Assembly: GCA_963830385.1 (NCBI GenBank)
Contig: CAWHMD010000013.1
Span: 20,626-84,625 of the forward strand
DNA from: an uncultured Actinomycetes bacterium
Lineage (GTDB): Bacteria; Actinomycetota; Actinomycetes; Streptosporangiales; Streptosporangiaceae
DNA length: 64,000 nucleotides
Direction of reading: 5' to 3'
Each line of letters opens with the position of its first letter. Position 1 is the first letter of the stretch. The notes below the pieces were generated by a model that ran no database searches, was not told the DNA's origin, and saw only the letters and a list, made by a program, of their open reading frames with translations. The translations under genes were made by a program, and so were the position numbers. Positions 29,660 through 37,622 of this stretch are shown here, one piece after another.

Positions 29660-30628
29660 TCAGAAGGCCGGCAGGCCGAGATGGACGCTCCACAGCGCGG
29701 TAGCGGCGATCAGCGCGGCCAGCACGCCGACGGTGGCCGCGGCCTGGATCAGGACGCGGTTGGCGCGGGGGGCGTAGGCGTAGGCGGCCGTGATCAGCGC
29801 CCCGACGACCAGGCCACCGATGTGGTCCTGCCAGGCGATGCCGTGCACCACGAAGCCGATGAACAGGTTGAGGGCGATCAGCCCGATGATGCCGCGGCTG
29901 TCCACCCGCAGCTTGCGGGACACCACGAACCAGGCGCCGAACAGGCCGAACACCGCGCCGGAGGCACCCAGCGCGGCCTGGTTGGGTGGGACCAGGTAAT
30001 AGAGGAAGACCCCGCCGCCGATCGCGCTGAGCAGGTAGATGGCCAGGAAGCGGAGGCGGCCGAACAGGTGCTCGAGCTGCGGCCCGACCACGATCAGCGC
30101 CCACATGTTGAACAGGATGTCGGCGAAACCGAAGGTGCCCCCCGACGGGGCCACGAACGCCGAGGTGAGCAGGCGGTACCACTGGCCCGCGCCCACCCCG
30201 ACCGCGTTGCCGCGGCCGTCGGTGGCGTACCCGACCATCTCCAGGTTGGTGGCGACGCTCGGGCGGACCAGCACGACCAGGTAGAGCAGGACGTTGAGGC
30301 CGACCAGCGACCAGGTGACGGCGGCCCCCGTCGTCACCCGGCCGCCGAACGCGGTCCTCGGCTGCCGCACCGGCGGGCCCGCCTCGGGGCTGCGGCCCCG
30401 GATGCAGTCGACACACTGCTGGCCGACCGGGGCGGACCGCAGGCAGTCCGGGCAGGCGGGACGCCCGCAGCGCGAGCAGGAAACGTACGTCTCCCGGCCC
30501 GGGTGCCGGAAACAGGTCGGCACGCCGGACGACGCGGCTGCGCCCTCGTCCGGCGGCCCAGCCGCGGACCCGGTGCCGGGTCCGATCTCAGGCCCTGTGT
30601 CCGGCGATCCGGAGGCGGGAGTGGTCAC
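29660..30628 (-). CDS. Rhomboid family intramembrane serine protease with N-terminal zinc ribbon
   Basis: CFRHPGRETYVSCSRCGRPACPDC...CVDC (Cys4-type ribbon). Rhomboid GASGAVFGLFGA and a late His in GFVVHGIAWQDHIGG. Confidence 0.85.
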   Translation of the reverse strand: MTTPASGSPDTGPEIGPGTGSAAGPPDEGAAASSGVPTCFRHPGRETYVSCSRCGRPACPDCLRSAPVGQQCVDCIRGRSPEAGPPVRQPRTAFGGRVTTGAAVTWSLVGLNVLLYLVVLVRPSVATNLEMVGYATDGRGNAVGVGAGQWYRLLTSAFVAPSGGTFGFADILFNMWALIVVGPQLEHLFGRLRFLAIYLLSAIGGGVFLYYLVPPNQAALGASGAVFGLFGAWFVVSRKLRVDSRGIIGLIALNLFIGFVVHGIAWQDHIGGLVVGALITAAYAYAPRANRVLIQAAATVGVLAALIAATALWSVHLGLPAF

Positions 30629-30635
30629 GGTGGCC

Positions 30636-31160
30636 TCAGGCGTCGCCGCGGTCGATGGTCACCGACTCGAGCACCACGTCCTGGCTGGGCCGGTCCCGCC
30701 GGTCGGTGCTGGTCTGGCTGATGCGCTGCACGAGGTCGGCGCCCTCGACGACCTCGCCGAAGATGGTGTGCTTGCCGGTCAGCCAGGGCGTCGGCGCGAC
30801 CGTGATGAAGAACTGCGAGCCGTTGGTCCCCGGGCCGGCGTTCGCCATGGCCAGCAGGTACGGGCGGGTGAAGGCCAGGTCCGGGTGGATCTCGTCCTTG
30901 AACTTGTAACCCGGGCCGCCGGTACCGGTGCCGAGCGGGTCACCGCCCTGGATCATGAAGTCGGGAATCACCCGGTGGAAGATGGTCCCGTTGTAGAGCG
31001 GCTCGCTGGTCTCCGCCCCGCTGCCGGGGTCGGTCCACTTCCGGCTGCCCTCGGCCAGCTCGACGAAGTTGCGCACGGTCTCCGGGGCCTGGTCCGGGAA
31101 CAGCCGGACCTTGATCGGGCCCTGGTTGGTGGTGAGCGTTGCGGTAAGCGTATTGGTCAT
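30636..31160 (-). CDS. ppiA: Cyclophilin-type peptidyl-prolyl isomerase
   Basis: MTNTLTATLTTNQGPIKVRLFPDQAPETVRNF...FHRVIPDFMIQGGDP...MANAGPGTNGSQFFI. The track N-terminal extension is rejected. Confidence 0.9.
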   Translation of the reverse strand: MTNTLTATLTTNQGPIKVRLFPDQAPETVRNFVELAEGSRKWTDPGSGAETSEPLYNGTIFHRVIPDFMIQGGDPLGTGTGGPGYKFKDEIHPDLAFTRPYLLAMANAGPGTNGSQFFITVAPTPWLTGKHTIFGEVVEGADLVQRISQTSTDRRDRPSQDVVLESVTIDRGDA

Positions 31161-31451
31161 GCCGGGAATCCTCGCATAGCCGGCCGCTGGGCCGGCTGAC
31201 TTGTCCTTACGTTTTCCTGGTCGCCACGTTTCCCGCGAGCCGGCTTTGCCCGGCTCGCACTTCCACGGTACAAGCAATATCGTGTGCCCGGCCCGATCGC
31301 ATACGCGAAGCTTGCAGGCCTGTTCCAGCCGATCGTCAGGCTGGGTTCCGGCCGGGGTTCTGACCGGTTCGGCAGGCCCATTTCGCCAATAGGGTTGAGT
31401 TCGCCGACCACGGGAAGTGTTTGAGTCGAGATCATAAGCAGGAGGTCAACT

Positions 31452-32117
31452 GTGCCGCTTTTGAAGACAGATAAGGCCAGGAGCGCGTCCCAGGCCTCAG
31501 AGGCCGCGGACGCGACGAAGAAGGCCGCCCGCAGCCGGGCCAAGAACGCGGCGAACCTGGCGCGTGATCGTGCGCAGGACGCGGCGAACCTTGCGCGTGA
31601 TCGTGCGCAGGACGCCGCTGACCTCGCCCGTGACGCCGCGGCCCAGGCCGCGCCGAAGGCCAAGGACATAGCTGCCCAGGTCAGCGCCCAGGCCGCGCCG
31701 AAGGCCAAGGACATAGCTGCCCAGGTCAGCGCCCAGGTCGCACCGAAGGCCAAGGACCTGGCCGCCCAGGTCGCCGCGACAGCGGCCCAGACCGTCGAGC
31801 AGGGTCGTGAGTGGGCCGCACCGAAGCTGGAGGATGCCGCCTCGGCGGTCACTGAAACGGTGGCGCCGAAGGTGTCCGCCGCTCTCAAGGCCACCGCCAA
31901 GAAGGTCGAGCCGCCCAAGAAGCGGCGCCTGCTGGGCTGGCCGGGTGCGATCGGGCTGGCCCTGCTGGCGGCCGCGGGTGCGGCCGCCGCGGTGGTCCTG
32001 CGCCGGCGGCAGCCGCCGCCCCCGCCGCCCTACCCGGGCGAGGAGGCCGAGGACGCCCCGGACACGGCCACCAGCGGCGTCGACGCCGAGGCCAACGGAC
32101 GAGTCCGGCAGCCCTGA
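31452..32117 (+). CDS. Ala/Lys-rich repeat protein with C-terminal TM helix (apolipoprotein/LEA-like)
   Basis: AGGAGG-N6-GTG start. 11-aa and 15-aa helical repeats (AANLARDRAQD x2; AQAAPKAKDIAAQVS x2-3). TM GWPGAIGLALLAAAGAAAAVVL, then a PPPPPP tail. Confidence 0.6.
   Translation: MPLLKTDKARSASQASEAADATKKAARSRAKNAANLARDRAQDAANLARDRAQDAADLARDAAAQAAPKAKDIAAQVSAQAAPKAKDIAAQVSAQVAPKAKDLAAQVAATAAQTVEQGREWAAPKLEDAASAVTETVAPKVSAALKATAKKVEPPKKRRLLGWPGAIGLALLAAAGAAAAVVLRRRQPPPPPPYPGEEAEDAPDTATSGVDAEANGRVRQP
31548..31613 (+). repeat. 33-bp tandem repeat x2 (one mismatch)
   Basis: gcggcgaacctggcgcgtgatcgtgcgcaggac at 31548-31580 is repeated at 31581-31613 with ctg changed to ctt. Confidence 0.9.
31641..31775 (+). 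repeat. 45-bp tandem repeat x3 (first two identical, third diverged)
   Basis: gcccaggccgcgccgaaggccaaggacatagctgcccaggtcagc at 31641-31685 equals 31686-31730. A diverged copy lies at 31731-31775. Confidence 0.9.
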
Positions 32118-32140
32118 CGCCCTGATCGGTTAAAAGGCGT

Positions 32141-32185
32141 GACGCGGCGCACGAGCGCAATGCTCCTGCGCCGCGTCGCGTTTTT
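32141..32185 (+). terminator. Rho-independent terminator between convergent genes
   Basis: Stem gacgcggcgca (32141-32151) pairs with tgcgccgcgtc (32167-32177), followed by gcgTTTTT (T-run 32181-32185). Confidence 0.7.
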
Positions 32186-33572
32186 AGCTGACGGTAATGG
32201 ACAGGCTGGTGATCGCGCCGGTGTTGCCGAGCACCACCGGCTGGTCGGCGGTCACGTCGGTCAGCGTGACCGGTACCAGCGGGGTCAGCGAGTTGAGCAG
32301 CTGCAACAGCGTCGATTCGGCGTTGTCCGGGGTCAGCGTGAGCGGGACCCCGGCCAGCTTGCCGGTCAGCTTGGTCGCGTAGAGGACCACGCTGCCGGCA
32401 AACGAGGCGGACGGGGCGGCGGTCGTCAGCGTGCCATCGGCCCCGGTCACCGTGAGGTCGAGGCCGGACAGCTGCTGGGAGCTCATGGTGAACTTCATCA
32501 TCGTCAGCGTGCCGCCGCCGTTGACCGGCATGTTGACCTTGCCCTGGTAGGCGAGGCCGTCGAGGGTGGCCGAGCTGGCGGTGATGACCGCCGGGGAGCT
32601 GGAGACGACGAGGCCCTGCGTACCGGTGCCGGTCTTGTCGTTCTTGTTCTTCGCGCCGGGGCTGGCGCTGCCGATGCCGCCCACCACCGGCAGTCCGGTT
32701 GTGGGCAGGCCGGGAACGGTGGACGGCAGCACACCGCTGATCGGCAGCACGCCACCGAGGCCCCCGCCGCCCGACGACGACGGTGACGGTGAGGCGGTCG
32801 GCGTCGGGGACGGGGAGCTGCAGATGACGAACAGGATGCAGCCCTGCCCGGACTGAGCCTGTGCTGACTGCTGCGCCTGGGCCGGGTGGTCTTCGGCCGC
32901 GGAGGCGCGGGCGCCGCCGGCCAGCGTTCCGGCCGCCACCGCCAGCAGGGCGGCCACGGCCAGCAAGCGGGGGCCCTGCCAGCCACGCCCGTCGGGCCGC
33001 GGCTCGCCCAGACCCCAGGTCCTGAGCCCCGTCTCGGAGTCCGGTGACTCAGGCGGCTGAGGGGGCTGAGAGGGCTCCGGCTTCACAGCTGACTCGTGGT
33101 GCTCAGGTGACGGTTCAGGCGGGGACGGCCGGGCGGGCTCGGGCTCGGCCAGCGATCCCGGGGACCAGGCGAAGGCCAGTGAGCCGCCGACGATGCCCAG
33201 TAGCATTCCGATGAAAAAGCCACCCAGATTGGTGCCGATGAACGACAGCAGCGCGAGCAGCACCCCGGCGATCGCGTAGAACGTCTTGTGCACCGGGGTG
33301 AACCACAGCGCCAGCCCGCAGGCGATCAGCAGCGCGCCGATCAGGATGCCGAACACCCCGCCGATCCCGACGTAGATGACCAGCTTGATCTGGCCGCGGG
33401 CGAGGACTCCGGTCAGCGGGATGAGCAGCATCTCCAGCCCGCCGATGAGCAGCAGCAGGCCGCCCCAGAACGGCCGGGACCGCCGCCACTGCCGGAACTC
33501 GAACCGCCACGTCCCGGGCCGTGGCCCGGAACGCGGCCGCCGGACCGGACCCGCGTTCTCGCAAGCGGCCAT
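32184..33572 (-). CDS. Membrane protein: 4-TM N-terminal domain (resembles what I recall as DUF6114) + Pro-rich linker + TM + beta-rich extracytoplasmic domain
   Basis: WRRSRPFWGGLLLLIGGLEMLLIPL... has four helices. The linker PEPSPEHHES..PPQPPESP follows. Then RLLAVAALLAVAAGTLAGGARASA, and a Thr/Ser/Gly-rich C-terminal domain. ATG 33572 overlaps the upstream TGA (ATGA). Confidence 0.55.
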   Translation of the reverse strand: MAACENAGPVRRPRSGPRPGTWRFEFRQWRRSRPFWGGLLLLIGGLEMLLIPLTGVLARGQIKLVIYVGIGGVFGILIGALLIACGLALWFTPVHKTFYAIAGVLLALLSFIGTNLGGFFIGMLLGIVGGSLAFAWSPGSLAEPEPARPSPPEPSPEHHESAVKPEPSQPPQPPESPDSETGLRTWGLGEPRPDGRGWQGPRLLAVAALLAVAAGTLAGGARASAAEDHPAQAQQSAQAQSGQGCILFVICSSPSPTPTASPSPSSSGGGGLGGVLPISGVLPSTVPGLPTTGLPVVGGIGSASPGAKNKNDKTGTGTQGLVVSSSPAVITASSATLDGLAYQGKVNMPVNGGGTLTMMKFTMSSQQLSGLDLTVTGADGTLTTAAPSASFAGSVVLYATKLTGKLAGVPLTLTPDNAESTLLQLLNSLTPLVPVTLTDVTADQPVVLGNTGAITSLSITVS

Positions 33573-34183
33573 CACGGGCACGAGCCGCCATTGGTGCTGA
33601 CGCTCAGGTTGAGACCGGGGAGCGTGAACGTGCCGGCCGTGGTGAGCCAGGTGTGCTGCACCAGGTGGTTGATCATCACGGTGTCGGCCTGCTCGCCGAA
33701 GGTCCCGGGTGTGCCGGTGGTGCCGGGGACCTGGTTCAGCGTCCCGGCGTCCTGGCCGATGGCGATGTTGCTGAAGCTGGCGTCACCGCTCAGCGAGCTG
33801 GCGTCGACGATCAGGTTGCTGGCCGAGACCGGGTGGCCGGACGAGCGGCCGGCCCGGAGCAGCAGAGTGACCGAACCGACCTTGACCGCCTGGCACAGGC
33901 TGTCCAGGGTGGCGGACCTGATCGCGGATTCGGCCACCGGGATCTGCTTCTTGCCCGAGGTCACGGTGGAGCCGAACTGCTCGAAGCCGGTGCCCTTGAG
34001 CTGGGTGGCGGTGACCGTGTACTCCTGGCCGGACACCGAGATGTTGGCGCCGATGGCGCCTTCCGCGGTCAGCCCGATCAAGATCGCGGCCACCACGGCG
34101 GACGGCACCATGATGAACGCGAACCGCCTCCAGCGGACCCGGCCCATCGTGAACTGCGGGCCGGGCTCTGCTCCTATCGACAT
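33572..34183 (-). CDS. Single-TM exported beta-rich protein (resembles what I recall as DUF6230)
   Basis: MSIGAEPGPQFTMGRVRWRRFAFIMVPSAVVAAILIGL anchor, then ISVSGQEYTVTATQLKGTGFEQFGS... GGGAG RBS before ATG 34183. The track extension is rejected. Confidence 0.55.
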   Translation of the reverse strand: MSIGAEPGPQFTMGRVRWRRFAFIMVPSAVVAAILIGLTAEGAIGANISVSGQEYTVTATQLKGTGFEQFGSTVTSGKKQIPVAESAIRSATLDSLCQAVKVGSVTLLLRAGRSSGHPVSASNLIVDASSLSGDASFSNIAIGQDAGTLNQVPGTTGTPGTFGEQADTVMINHLVQHTWLTTAGTFTLPGLNLSVSTNGGSCP

Positions 34184-34383
34184 GGCGCTCCCAGGAAGTG
34201 ATTGACTTGTGCCGCTCCGCGTCGGTGCGTGGCGGGCTGCGTCCGGCACCTCGTTCAGAAGACCGGCGATACGGCGCAAAACGTCACTGTGACGTAGGCC
34301 ACCACGCGGTCGGAGCAGAAAGTTACTCCCGAGTAAGGAACGCGTCAAGCAAGGTTTGGCCCACGGAAAGTACACATCGGGCC

Positions 34384-35232
34384 TTAAATACGGACTTTTC
34401 GGTACGAGATTTTTTCTAAATCCTGGGGATCGGTGTCGCCGGCCGGTTGCGCGGGGCCGGACGGGATGTCGATGCCGTACTCGAGCACCACCCGGTCGGA
34501 CGGGACCACGATGTGGCGGCACACTTCCAGCACCTCGCCGCCGGAGATCAGCCGGCGCAGGATCGTGAACACCGGCACGCCCTGAGCCATCTGCAGGGTC
34601 TGGGTCTCGGGTTCGGTCGGCATCCGGGCACTGACCGATTCCTCCACCCGCGACACCGGGTGGCCGAGGTAGGCCAGCTGCGCGAGCGTGCCACCCGGCC
34701 AGGGCTCGCGGGCGGGGTCGGCCACCGGGGTATCGGCCACCAGCTCCAGCGGCAGGAAGTTGATGCTGATCTGCTCGGGCTCACCGCGCACGAAGAACAC
34801 GAAGTGCCGCCGCAGCAGCGGCGTCCCCGGCTCGGTCCCGAACAGCGCGGCCAGTTCCTCGTCGGCGGTGACCTCGGAGTACTGGGCGGTGAGCCGGTAG
34901 TCCCGCCAGCCGATGGCGTGGTCCTGGGTGAACGAGGTGCGTGGCTCGGCGTAGCGCTCCCGGGCCTGACGGGCGTCGACGACGTAGCGCTCCATCGCCC
35001 GCCGCCGTACCTGCGGGCGGGCCCGCACCACCGTGCCCCCGCCCCGGCGCGTCTCGACCAGGCCCTCGTGCCGCAGCAGCGACACCGCGTGCCGGATGAC
35101 GATTTCCGAGACACCGTAGAAGCGGCGCAGCTCTTCCATGGTGGGCAGGCGGCCGCCCGGCGGGTAGTGGCCCGACTGGATCTGCTGGCGCAGTTCATCG
35201 GCCACTTGAAGGTAGGCGGGACGTTCCTGCAC
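34384..35232 (-). CDS. GntR family (HutC/UTRA subfamily) transcriptional regulator
   Basis: GGAGG-N8-GTG at 35232. wHTH LPTMEELRRFYGVSEIVIRHAVSLLRHEGLVETRRGGGTVV, followed by a UTRA-like effector domain. Confidence 0.8.
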   Translation of the reverse strand: MQERPAYLQVADELRQQIQSGHYPPGGRLPTMEELRRFYGVSEIVIRHAVSLLRHEGLVETRRGGGTVVRARPQVRRRAMERYVVDARQARERYAEPRTSFTQDHAIGWRDYRLTAQYSEVTADEELAALFGTEPGTPLLRRHFVFFVRGEPEQISINFLPLELVADTPVADPAREPWPGGTLAQLAYLGHPVSRVEESVSARMPTEPETQTLQMAQGVPVFTILRRLISGGEVLEVCRHIVVPSDRVVLEYGIDIPSGPAQPAGDTDPQDLEKISYRKVRI

Positions 35233-35311
35233 GGTTGACACCTCCGGGCCCAGACGTCCCCCCCGGAACATTATGCGTTCAGCTTGACACGATCCGCATC
35301 TTCCCTCATTT

Positions 35312-35319
35312 TGTATACA
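35312..35319. promoter_or_regulatory. TGTATACA palindrome in AT-rich GntR upstream region (possible GntR operator)
   Basis: Read directly in cattttgtatacataagtt. HutC-type operators are short GT..AC-type palindromes. Weak evidence. Confidence 0.3.
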
Positions 35320-35467
35320 TAAGTTACGGAGCGGAGCCATCGATATCCATCGAGTTACCAAAGGGATCCTCGGGACTGATGGTGATAACGGCCGTCGCCC
35401 GCGTGGGCGGCCGGCCACGGTGCCGGAGGCAGCGATGCCCGGGGGAACGGTGCCGGAGGGAGCGGTC

Positions 35468-35692
35468 ATGGCAGGCGGGACCCAGGCGGCGGCCGAGCTG
35501 GAGGCGCAGTTCCCCGGCTGGCACGTCTGGCCGAGCAGCGCCGGCCGCTGGTGGGCGACCCGGACCGGGATCGTGCTCGACCGCCGGGCCCTCGGCGACG
35601 GCCGGGCCATGACGATCGACGCGGACGACACCGAGGCGCTGCGTGCTCAGCTGGCCCGGCAATCCCGCCTCGACCAGGCTGCGCGGCAGTAG
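35468..35692 (+). CDS. Small cytoplasmic protein, unknown function (FPGWHVW...GRWWATR motif)
   Basis: GGAGGGAG-N5-ATG at 35468. MAGGTQAAAELEAQFPGWHVWPSSAGRWWATRTG...TIDADDTEALRAQL. I recall this motif as recurrent in small actinobacterial proteins. Confidence 0.45.
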   Translation: MAGGTQAAAELEAQFPGWHVWPSSAGRWWATRTGIVLDRRALGDGRAMTIDADDTEALRAQLARQSRLDQAARQ

Positions 35693-35770
35693 GGCCGGGC
35701 CGCGCCGGGGCGGCCTGATCCGATACGTTCAAGGCGTACCGGCGTCGACCCTGAACCGGCAGGCAGGCAA

Positions 35771-37380
35771 GTGAGCAGCGCGAACGGTGACGACCAGGCG
35801 GCCCGTCCGGGGTATCCCGACGCAGCCGTCGCCACCTCAGCCCCGCCCGGCGGCCGGACCCGCGATCAGCCCGCCCCCGACCGGCTGCGGCTGACCCTGT
35901 GCTGGGTGGCGGCGATCGGGATCGTGGCCTCGGCCGTGGTCATGATCGCGGTCTCGCTGGCCGGCCCCAGCCTGTCCGTGGTCAACATGCCCCGGCCCGC
36001 CGCCGGCCCCCGTGGTGGATCTCTTTGCACCCGGGGGCCGCCAAGGTGACGTTCGCGCTGTGGGGCGCGGTCGCCGCCGGCGGCATCGGGGTCATCGCCG
36101 GGCTGGTGGCGGTGGCCCGCGGAGCCCGGCCGCCGGTCCGGGTCATCGTCGGCTTCGCGGTGCTCGTCGTCGGCGTGCTCACCGTGCTGCCGGCCGCGGG
36201 ATCGACGGACATCCTCGACTACGCGGCCAACGGCCGGATGGCCGCGACCGGCCACAGCCCGTACGTGATGACCCCGCTGGAGCTGCAGAAGTCCGGCGAC
36301 CCGGTCGGCCGCTGGATCCCGCCGACGTGGGAGACCAGCGTCTCGGTCTACGGCCCGGTGGCCACCGCCGAGGAATGGGCCGCCGCCAAGCTCGGTGGTA
36401 CGTCGATGGCGCGGATCACGTTCTGGCTCAAGCTGTGGAACTCGATGGCGTTCGGCCTGGTGGTGCTGCTGCTGGACCGGACCCTGCGCTCCGACCCGGC
36501 CCGCCGCCTGCGCGGCCACCTGCTGTGGACGGCCAACCCGCTGCTGTGGTGGGAGATCGTCGCCAGCGGGCACATCGACGGCCTGGCCGCCGCGTTCGGC
36601 CTGGCCGGGATCCTGTTGTTGCGGCGGCGACCGGCCCCGGGAAGCGAACGCCCCCGGCTCACGAGCTTTCTGCTGGCGGGCCTGTTCATCGGGGTCGCGG
36701 CGGCGATCAAGATCCCGTTCGCGGCCTTCGGCGTTGGTGTCATCTGGGCGGGCCGCCGCTCGGTCACCGCGCTGGCCGCCGCGGCGGCCGGGTTCCTGCT
36801 GGTCCTCGTCCCGGCGTACGCGGCCGCGGGCCATCCGGCCATCTCGGTGCTGATCAGCCGGGGTCCCGCCACCACCTGGGACACGATGTACCAGATCTTC
36901 TACCGGCCGTTCGGCTACACCGAGTTCGGGGCGTTCCTGGTGCCGCCGCACCTGACAGCCATCGCCGCGGTCGCGTTCCTGGCCGTCCTCGTCCTGGCGT
37001 TCCTGCGGTTCCCGGACGGCACCCCGCAGCTGCCGGCGCTCAGCCCGGCGCTGGCCGTCAGCCTGGCCTGGCTGCTGGTCTGGTCCTACCAGCGGCCCTG
37101 GTACGACGTGATGGCGATCTGCCTGCTGGCCGTCTATCCGGCGTCGCGGCTGGACTGGCTGGTCCTGGTCCGCCTGGTCCTGACCGCGCCGGTCTACCTG
37201 CCGGGCGTCCCGGGCCTTACACCCGCCTGGGTCACCGACGCCATCAACCTCGTCGGGGAGGTGGTGGCCCCGTGGACGCGGCTGCTGGCCGCCCTCGGTT
37301 TCATCGCGCTGTGCGTCTTCGGCTGGTGGGGATGGCAGGACCTGCGCTCCGGCCAGGCCGTCCCACGCCCGCTCATCTGA
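35771..37380 (+). pseudogene. GT-C/GT87-like membrane glycosyltransferase, paralogue of 479-2179, with apparent frameshift in a C5 run at 36007-36011 (or assembly error)
   Basis: ORF 35771-36049 encodes TM1 plus ...VVNMPRPAAGP. ORF 35899-37380 continues PPWWISLHPGAAKVTFALWG... in the adjacent frame. The paralogue reads SVMEPPYPGRPGQPPWAFGAHLSPY across the equivalent point. One extra C would fuse the two frames. Confidence 0.55.
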
Positions 37381-37463
37381 CCGAATCGCGCCGACGCCCC
37401 GGCTGGCACACGAGTCACTCCAGCCGCCCGGTGCCCAGAGCCAAGTGTGCACTTCCCGATCCG

Positions 37464-37500
37464 GGAACACTTTTGGGCAGCATTTGTAAAAAAGTGTTCC
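37464..37500. promoter_or_regulatory. 11-bp perfect inverted repeat GGAACACTTTT-N15-AAAAGTGTTCC upstream of the RSH-like gene
   Basis: Read directly (37464-37474 and 37490-37500). AT-rich element in a 240-bp intergenic region. Operator or hairpin; no U-tract after it. Confidence 0.4.
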
Positions 37501-37622
37501 AGGCTTCGGAGGAAGCTCGAATCCGCAGCGGCGAACCACGCGGCTGAGGTATCCGTGCAATCTACGGATGACATTTCCTGCCGTACCTTGCCCCCGAACG
37601 TTTCCGGGAGCGCCCCACCCCG

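Noticed and set aside
29641-29663. Perfect 10-bp-stem hairpin ctgaccggcc-ggc-ggccggtcag between crgA and the rhomboid gene as a terminator
   Set aside because: It has only a 3-nt loop and no flanking U/A tract, and it overlaps the rhomboid stop codon. It may be a GC-rich palindrome of no regulatory consequence, so it is not listed as a feature.
31157-31918. 253-aa minus-strand ORF mirroring the repeat protein
   Set aside because: It is the antisense image of the Ala-rich repeats. The plus-strand ORF has a canonical AGGAGG-N6-GTG start and a downstream terminator.
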